Positions 59,521 to 64,000 of a stretch of 64,000 nt of DNA are shown one piece after another (position 1 is the stretch's first letter; each line of letters opens with the position of its first letter). Source of the stretch: Candidatus Latescibacterota bacterium (lineage in GTDB: Bacteria; Latescibacterota; UBA2968; GCA-2709665); NCBI GenBank assembly GCA_965205485.1, contig OZ242180.1, positions 3,712,001-3,776,000 of the forward strand, in the 5' to 3' direction. The notes beneath the pieces are model-generated. The model was not told where the DNA came from and ran no database searches. It saw only the letters and a program-made list of their open reading frames with translations. Position numbers and translations under genes: made by a program.

Positions 59521-60660
59521 ATGTTGACTCTGGAAGGCTGCAGGGACCGGCAGAACAGGCTGCGTGAACAACTGAATGCGCAAGGTATAGATGCGGTCGT
59601 CTTGACGGACCATCTCGAGATATACTACCTGACCGGCGTGTTGTTGTGCGGATTCCCCGCGTTTCACTTCCCGGCTTTTCTGTATTTCGAAACGGATGGC
59701 GATTCCTGGCTGGCGGCACATACCGGGGAGGGCGACGCGCTGGTGGACGACCGGGTCACTTACGAATGGCACAACATGAGTACGATGAATCCCGATCCCG
59801 TCCGCCAGCTCGACAAGGCAGTGGCGTCAAGATTGAGCGGCGGGAAGCCGGTCTCCCGCATCGGGTGGCAGGAGGAGGGGCTCGACCGGCTGCTGGCGGA
59901 AACGGTGGACGCCAGGCTGTCGCCTGATGCCTGGGCGCCGGTCGATGACTTGCTGGCGGGCCTGCACAAAAGGAAGGACGCCGACGAACTGGCGCTTTTG
60001 CGAAAAAGCGTCGAAGTCGATCTGGCGGCATATACGCGCGCACAGGAAGTGATCGAACCCGGGGCGAACGAACTCGATGTGCTGGCCGAGGCGCAGCAGG
60101 CGGCGATGAAGGCGGCGGGGGAGGTGGTTTATCACGGGGGCGACTATCGCGCCGGCGTTATCGGCGGGACCGCGAGGGACCGAGAGATCGAAGCGGGGGA
60201 ACTCTACATCATAGACGCCCAGTCCACCTATCGCGGATACTGGTCGGATCTGGCGCGTACGTTCGCGGTCGGGGGGCAGCCCACGGACCTGCAGACGTCC
60301 GTCTACGAGCACCTTGCCGGCATTCTGCGCGACGTTCCGGGCCTGGTGAGACCCGGCGAGAGCGCAACCGCGCTGTGGAAGACGATCGACGCGCGCATTC
60401 GCGAGCACCCGCATCTGTCCGAAGCCGGGCTGATCCATCATGGGGGCCACGGGGTGGGGCTGCGCGCGCACGAGGCGCCGGACATCAACCGCGACCGGGA
60501 CGCGGTCTTTGAGGTCGGCGACGTGTTTTCCTGTGAACCGGGCGCCTACTGTGACGACCTGCGCGCGGGAATCCGTCTGGAGAATACGTTCGTGATAACC
60601 CCTGAGGGCGTGGAAACCCTTTCTGATTATCCTCTCGATGTCATGCCATTCAAGGGCTGA
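59521..60660 (+). CDS. M24 Xaa-Pro peptidase family protein
   Basis: Creatinase-like N-terminus; IIDA..YWSDLART, HHGGHGVGLRAHE, EPG, RLEN. Confidence 0.92.
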   Translation: MLTLEGCRDRQNRLREQLNAQGIDAVVLTDHLEIYYLTGVLLCGFPAFHFPAFLYFETDGDSWLAAHTGEGDALVDDRVTYEWHNMSTMNPDPVRQLDKAVASRLSGGKPVSRIGWQEEGLDRLLAETVDARLSPDAWAPVDDLLAGLHKRKDADELALLRKSVEVDLAAYTRAQEVIEPGANELDVLAEAQQAAMKAAGEVVYHGGDYRAGVIGGTARDREIEAGELYIIDAQSTYRGYWSDLARTFAVGGQPTDLQTSVYEHLAGILRDVPGLVRPGESATALWKTIDARIREHPHLSEAGLIHHGGHGVGLRAHEAPDINRDRDAVFEVGDVFSCEPGAYCDDLRAGIRLENTFVITPEGVETLSDYPLDVMPFKG

Positions 60661-60832
60661 ATCGGCGGTGTATGGAACGGACCGGCGAATATTCAGTGGC
60701 GTGGCGTGTCAACGGCGGTCGCGTGCAATTTCGGTTGACTTCCGCTCGCCGACCGGACTAATTCTTACCGGGCTCCGATCGCCCTGAAACCGCCCTTCAT
60801 CATGATTTGCTGCGGCGTCTCAGGAGGCTGAA

Positions 60833-61981
60833 GTGGCCATCATCGTAGATAGCGGGAGGCGCATTCCGTTCCTGAGAGGAATGCTGACCCACTACCTGCT
60901 GGAGCAGGGATTCTCCTTCCGGGAGGCATATCAGGTCGCGGACCGGGTCAGGAGTTCCATTCAGAAGCAGAAGAAGGTGCCCGCGGGCAGGATGATTGAC
61001 CTGGTACATACCCATGCGCGCGAGCTCTTCGCCGACCGTCCGGTGGGAGACGGCGTCTTCTGGGCGCCGAGGTCCAGGCAGATACTCGTGGAAGACGACC
61101 TGGGCACCCGGCCTTTTTCAAAAGACCATCTCTCCGACTCGCTGGCCATCACCGGCGTTGACGAAAGCCAGGCCTACCGGATCGCCGAGCGGATCGAGGG
61201 CGATTTCATCCAGAACAACCGGACGGTGGTCAACCGCGACGACATCCTGAAAGCGACGCTGAACATGCTCCGCATCGATTCGGGCGACGCGTTCGCGGAG
61301 CGGTACGGCATCTGGAACCGGTTTCGAAACGGCGGGCAGACGACGCCGCTGATCGTGCTGATCGGCGGGGGTACGGGCGTCGGCAAAACCACGGTGGGCG
61401 TGGCGCTCGCCAATCTGTTGCGGGTGTCGCGGGTCGCGTCGACCGACGAAATCCGGCAGGTGATGCGACTGATGATTTCATCCGATCTCATGCCTGAATT
61501 GCAGGTCTCGTCTTACGCGGCGTGGGAGGCGATCCCCGTGCCTGCCGACGAGGCGCCCGATCCCGTCATCTACGGGTTCCGTGAACAGGCGGCCCGCGTC
61601 TCCGTGGGCGTGCGGGCGACCATTGCTCGGGCGATCGACGAAAACGTCAGCCTGATCGTCGACGGCGTTCACCTGATGCCCGATCTGCTCGAACTGGATG
61701 CGTTCTCCGGAAAGGCGTTATTTATCCACTTGAATCTGTATCTTACTGATCTACAGCAATTTACGGATCGATTTGAAAGCCGGGGGAAGAACGCCGCCGG
61801 TCGCACGCGACACCGGTACGTCAAATCGCTGGAGCAGATCATGAAAATCCAGCAGCATATTCTGGATGTTGGCGACGGTGCCGGCGTGCCGTCGTTCGAG
61901 AATGCGGATCTGGACGAGACCGTGCAGTCAATCTCGCTTTTGATCATGGATACGCTCAGGAAGGGCTCGAAAGGCGGGTAG
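60833..61981 (+). CDS. ATP-cone containing 2-phosphoglycerate kinase-like P-loop protein
   Basis: PFLRGMLT and PFSKDHLS cone-like repeats; IGGGTGVGKT, STDEIRQVMR, IVDGVHL. Confidence 0.8.
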   Translation: MAIIVDSGRRIPFLRGMLTHYLLEQGFSFREAYQVADRVRSSIQKQKKVPAGRMIDLVHTHARELFADRPVGDGVFWAPRSRQILVEDDLGTRPFSKDHLSDSLAITGVDESQAYRIAERIEGDFIQNNRTVVNRDDILKATLNMLRIDSGDAFAERYGIWNRFRNGGQTTPLIVLIGGGTGVGKTTVGVALANLLRVSRVASTDEIRQVMRLMISSDLMPELQVSSYAAWEAIPVPADEAPDPVIYGFREQAARVSVGVRATIARAIDENVSLIVDGVHLMPDLLELDAFSGKALFIHLNLYLTDLQQFTDRFESRGKNAAGRTRHRYVKSLEQIMKIQQHILDVGDGAGVPSFENADLDETVQSISLLIMDTLRKGSKGG

Positions 61982-62057
61982 GGGAGACGACGGCCCGGGA
62001 AACGCGTCCTGGGTTGGAGATCATTTGGCAGTGCGCTATCGGATGGAGAATCGGGCA

Positions 62058-62879
62058 ATGATCGACACGCACGTTCATCTGGGACAACTCCTTTTCGACA
62101 ACCCGGGATTGACGCCGGCCAAACTCCTTCGGTGGATGGATCGGCAGGAAATCGAAAAGGCGGTGGTGATGGCGGTGGAGGTACCCGAGGAGCTGGACTT
62201 CTTCGTGACGACGAAGGAGCTGCTAAGAATGACGCGCCCGCACCGCGACCGGCTGAAGCCCCTTTGCGCCGTGGACCCCCGTCACCGGTATCCCGGCCGG
62301 TTCCAGCCGTACCCGATCATCGCGAGTTACATGGACCAGGGTTGTGTGGGGTACGGGGAGAACCTGTGCGGTCTGCCGGTGGACGATCCGATGCAGGAAC
62401 GGGTGTACGAGGCGTGCGACCGGTTGAATATCGCCATCGTGATGCACTTCGACTCGTGGATTAACCGTGACAAGCCGGGGCTCACCGGGTTTGAACGCAT
62501 GCTGAAGACTTACCGGAACGTGAAATTCATCGGGCATTCGCCACATTTCTGGCGTGAGATTTCCGGCGACGTGGACGCCTCGGAGGGATATCCCGAAGGA
62601 AGGGTGACGCCCGGAGGCAGGGTCGAAGCACTGTTTCGAAAGTACCGGAATCTTTACGCGGACCTTTCCGCGGGCTCCGGGTACGGGGCCATCACTCGGG
62701 ACCTGGAGTTCGGTCTGAAATTCCTGAAACGTTGGAAACACCGGTTGATGTTCGCCACCGACTACCTGCGGGTGGGGCAGGAAACGCCGATTGTCGAATA
62801 TATCAAAGATGCGCCGCTGTCGAAGGACGCGTTCGATCTCATCACACGGAAGAATGCCGAGAAGGTCTTCCGGATCTGA
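62058..62879 (+). CDS. Amidohydrolase_2 family protein
   Basis: IDTHVH, NLYADLSAGSG, LMFATD. Confidence 0.9.
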   Translation: MIDTHVHLGQLLFDNPGLTPAKLLRWMDRQEIEKAVVMAVEVPEELDFFVTTKELLRMTRPHRDRLKPLCAVDPRHRYPGRFQPYPIIASYMDQGCVGYGENLCGLPVDDPMQERVYEACDRLNIAIVMHFDSWINRDKPGLTGFERMLKTYRNVKFIGHSPHFWREISGDVDASEGYPEGRVTPGGRVEALFRKYRNLYADLSAGSGYGAITRDLEFGLKFLKRWKHRLMFATDYLRVGQETPIVEYIKDAPLSKDAFDLITRKNAEKVFRI

Positions 62880-62944
62880 CAGGCCGCCGGGATCAACAAG
62901 AGCGCCTTGAAAGAGACCATTCGGTGCATGCAAGGGATCAGAAA

Positions 62945-63793
62945 ATGATCGACACACACCTGCATCTGGGACAACTCGTGCTGGAAGACCCGGGCCTCAC
63001 CCCCGCCAGATTGTTGCGCTGGATGGATCGCCATGGGATTGAAAAGGGCATCGTCATGGCGGTGGAGGTGCCCGAGGAACTCGACTTTTACTTGACAACG
63101 AAAGAGCTGCTGAGGCTCACCCGACCTCACCGGGACCGCCTGCTGCCGCTTTGCGCCGTGGATCCAAGACACCGATACCCGGGGAGGTTCCAGCCGTACC
63201 CGATCCTTGAGTATTATATGGACCAGGGATGCGTGGGATACGGCGAGAACCTGTGTGGTCTCCCCGTGGACGATCCGATGCAACAGCGCGTTTACGAGGC
63301 CTGCGACCGGCTGGGGCTGGCAATCGTAATGCATATCGACCACTGGATCAACCGGGACGATACCGGATTGCCGGGCTTCGAGCGTATGGTGAAGACCTAC
63401 AGGAACGTAAAGTGGGTGGGCCACGCCCAATACTTCTGGCGGGAAATCTCGGGGGAGGTCGGACAGGGAGAGCGCTATCCGGAGGGACCGGTGGCGCCCG
63501 GCGGACGTCTGGATACGTTGTTCCGGAAATATTCGAACCTGTATGCCGACCTCTCGGCGCAGTCGGGTTACAACGCCATCACACGGGACCCGGCGTTTGG
63601 ACTTAGCTTCGTTAAGCGATGGAAGCATCGGCTGATGTTCGCCACGGACACCATCCACACGCGGCCGTCGCCGGCGTGTTCTATCGTAGGGGTCCCGCCG
63701 ATGCTGGACTATATCCGGAACGCCGATCTTTCAAAGGATGCCCTTGAACGCATCACGACCGGGAACGCGGAAAGGGTGTTCCGGATTTCGTAG
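62945..63793 (+). CDS. Amidohydrolase_2 family protein (tandem paralog)
   Basis: IDTHLH, NLYADLSAQSG, LMFATD. Confidence 0.9.
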   Translation: MIDTHLHLGQLVLEDPGLTPARLLRWMDRHGIEKGIVMAVEVPEELDFYLTTKELLRLTRPHRDRLLPLCAVDPRHRYPGRFQPYPILEYYMDQGCVGYGENLCGLPVDDPMQQRVYEACDRLGLAIVMHIDHWINRDDTGLPGFERMVKTYRNVKWVGHAQYFWREISGEVGQGERYPEGPVAPGGRLDTLFRKYSNLYADLSAQSGYNAITRDPAFGLSFVKRWKHRLMFATDTIHTRPSPACSIVGVPPMLDYIRNADLSKDALERITTGNAERVFRIS

Positions 63794-63818
63794 GGCGACT
63801 CGATGGATAAGGTTTGAC

Positions 63819-64000
63819 ATGGATTTTCCGCGGATGTTTCCGCTGCGCCAGACGTTTGACGCGGAGAGTCTGGACGACCCCGTTGAACAGACGCGGCGGT
63901 GTGTCCTGAACTCATCGCTGGGCGCGCGCGTTTCCGGCGGTGCACGGGTTGCGATTACGGCCGGCAGCAGGGGCATTCATCGGATCGCACAGTTGACGCG
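63819..64000 (+). CDS. LarA-like/DUF2088 protein (partial)
   Basis: Manual translation MDFPRMFPLRQTF...VAITAGSRGI. Confidence 0.7.
   Translation, partial: MDFPRMFPLRQTFDAESLDDPVEQTRRCVLNSSLGARVSGGARVAITAGSRGIHRIAQLT

Overview
High-GC bacterial chromosome segment. The FlgD/T9SS-type sorting domains, Calx-beta/Sel1/ankyrin/FG-GAP proteins, large SRP RNA and GGGP synthase suggest an FCB-related lineage such as Latescibacterota, possibly host-associated; this is inference only. The core block (about 11.5-42.5 kb) holds 4 tRNAs, tadA, large SRP RNA, dnaX-ybaB-recR-pgsA-pgpA-thpR-recA-recX-alaS-GGGPS, ptsH-ptsI-metK-ahcY, an Omp85-DUF4390-NtrY-NtrX-Omp85 operon with its own sigma54 promoter, and lactate-utilisation LUD genes. 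The left end carries secreted repeat proteins and a decayed toxin-antitoxin islet beside tRNA-Asn. The 42.5-57 kb region is accessory. It contains a two-tier sigma54 activator pair, an Rpn nuclease with a probable internal antitoxin start between two diverged copies of a dehydrogenase 3' half, and IS21-like ends (25-bp repeat arrays) with istA stubs, one of them translationally coupled to a secreted FG-GAP cargo gene. Two MITE families and REP-like palindromes are also present. All family calls come from motif recognition by eye; no searches were run.
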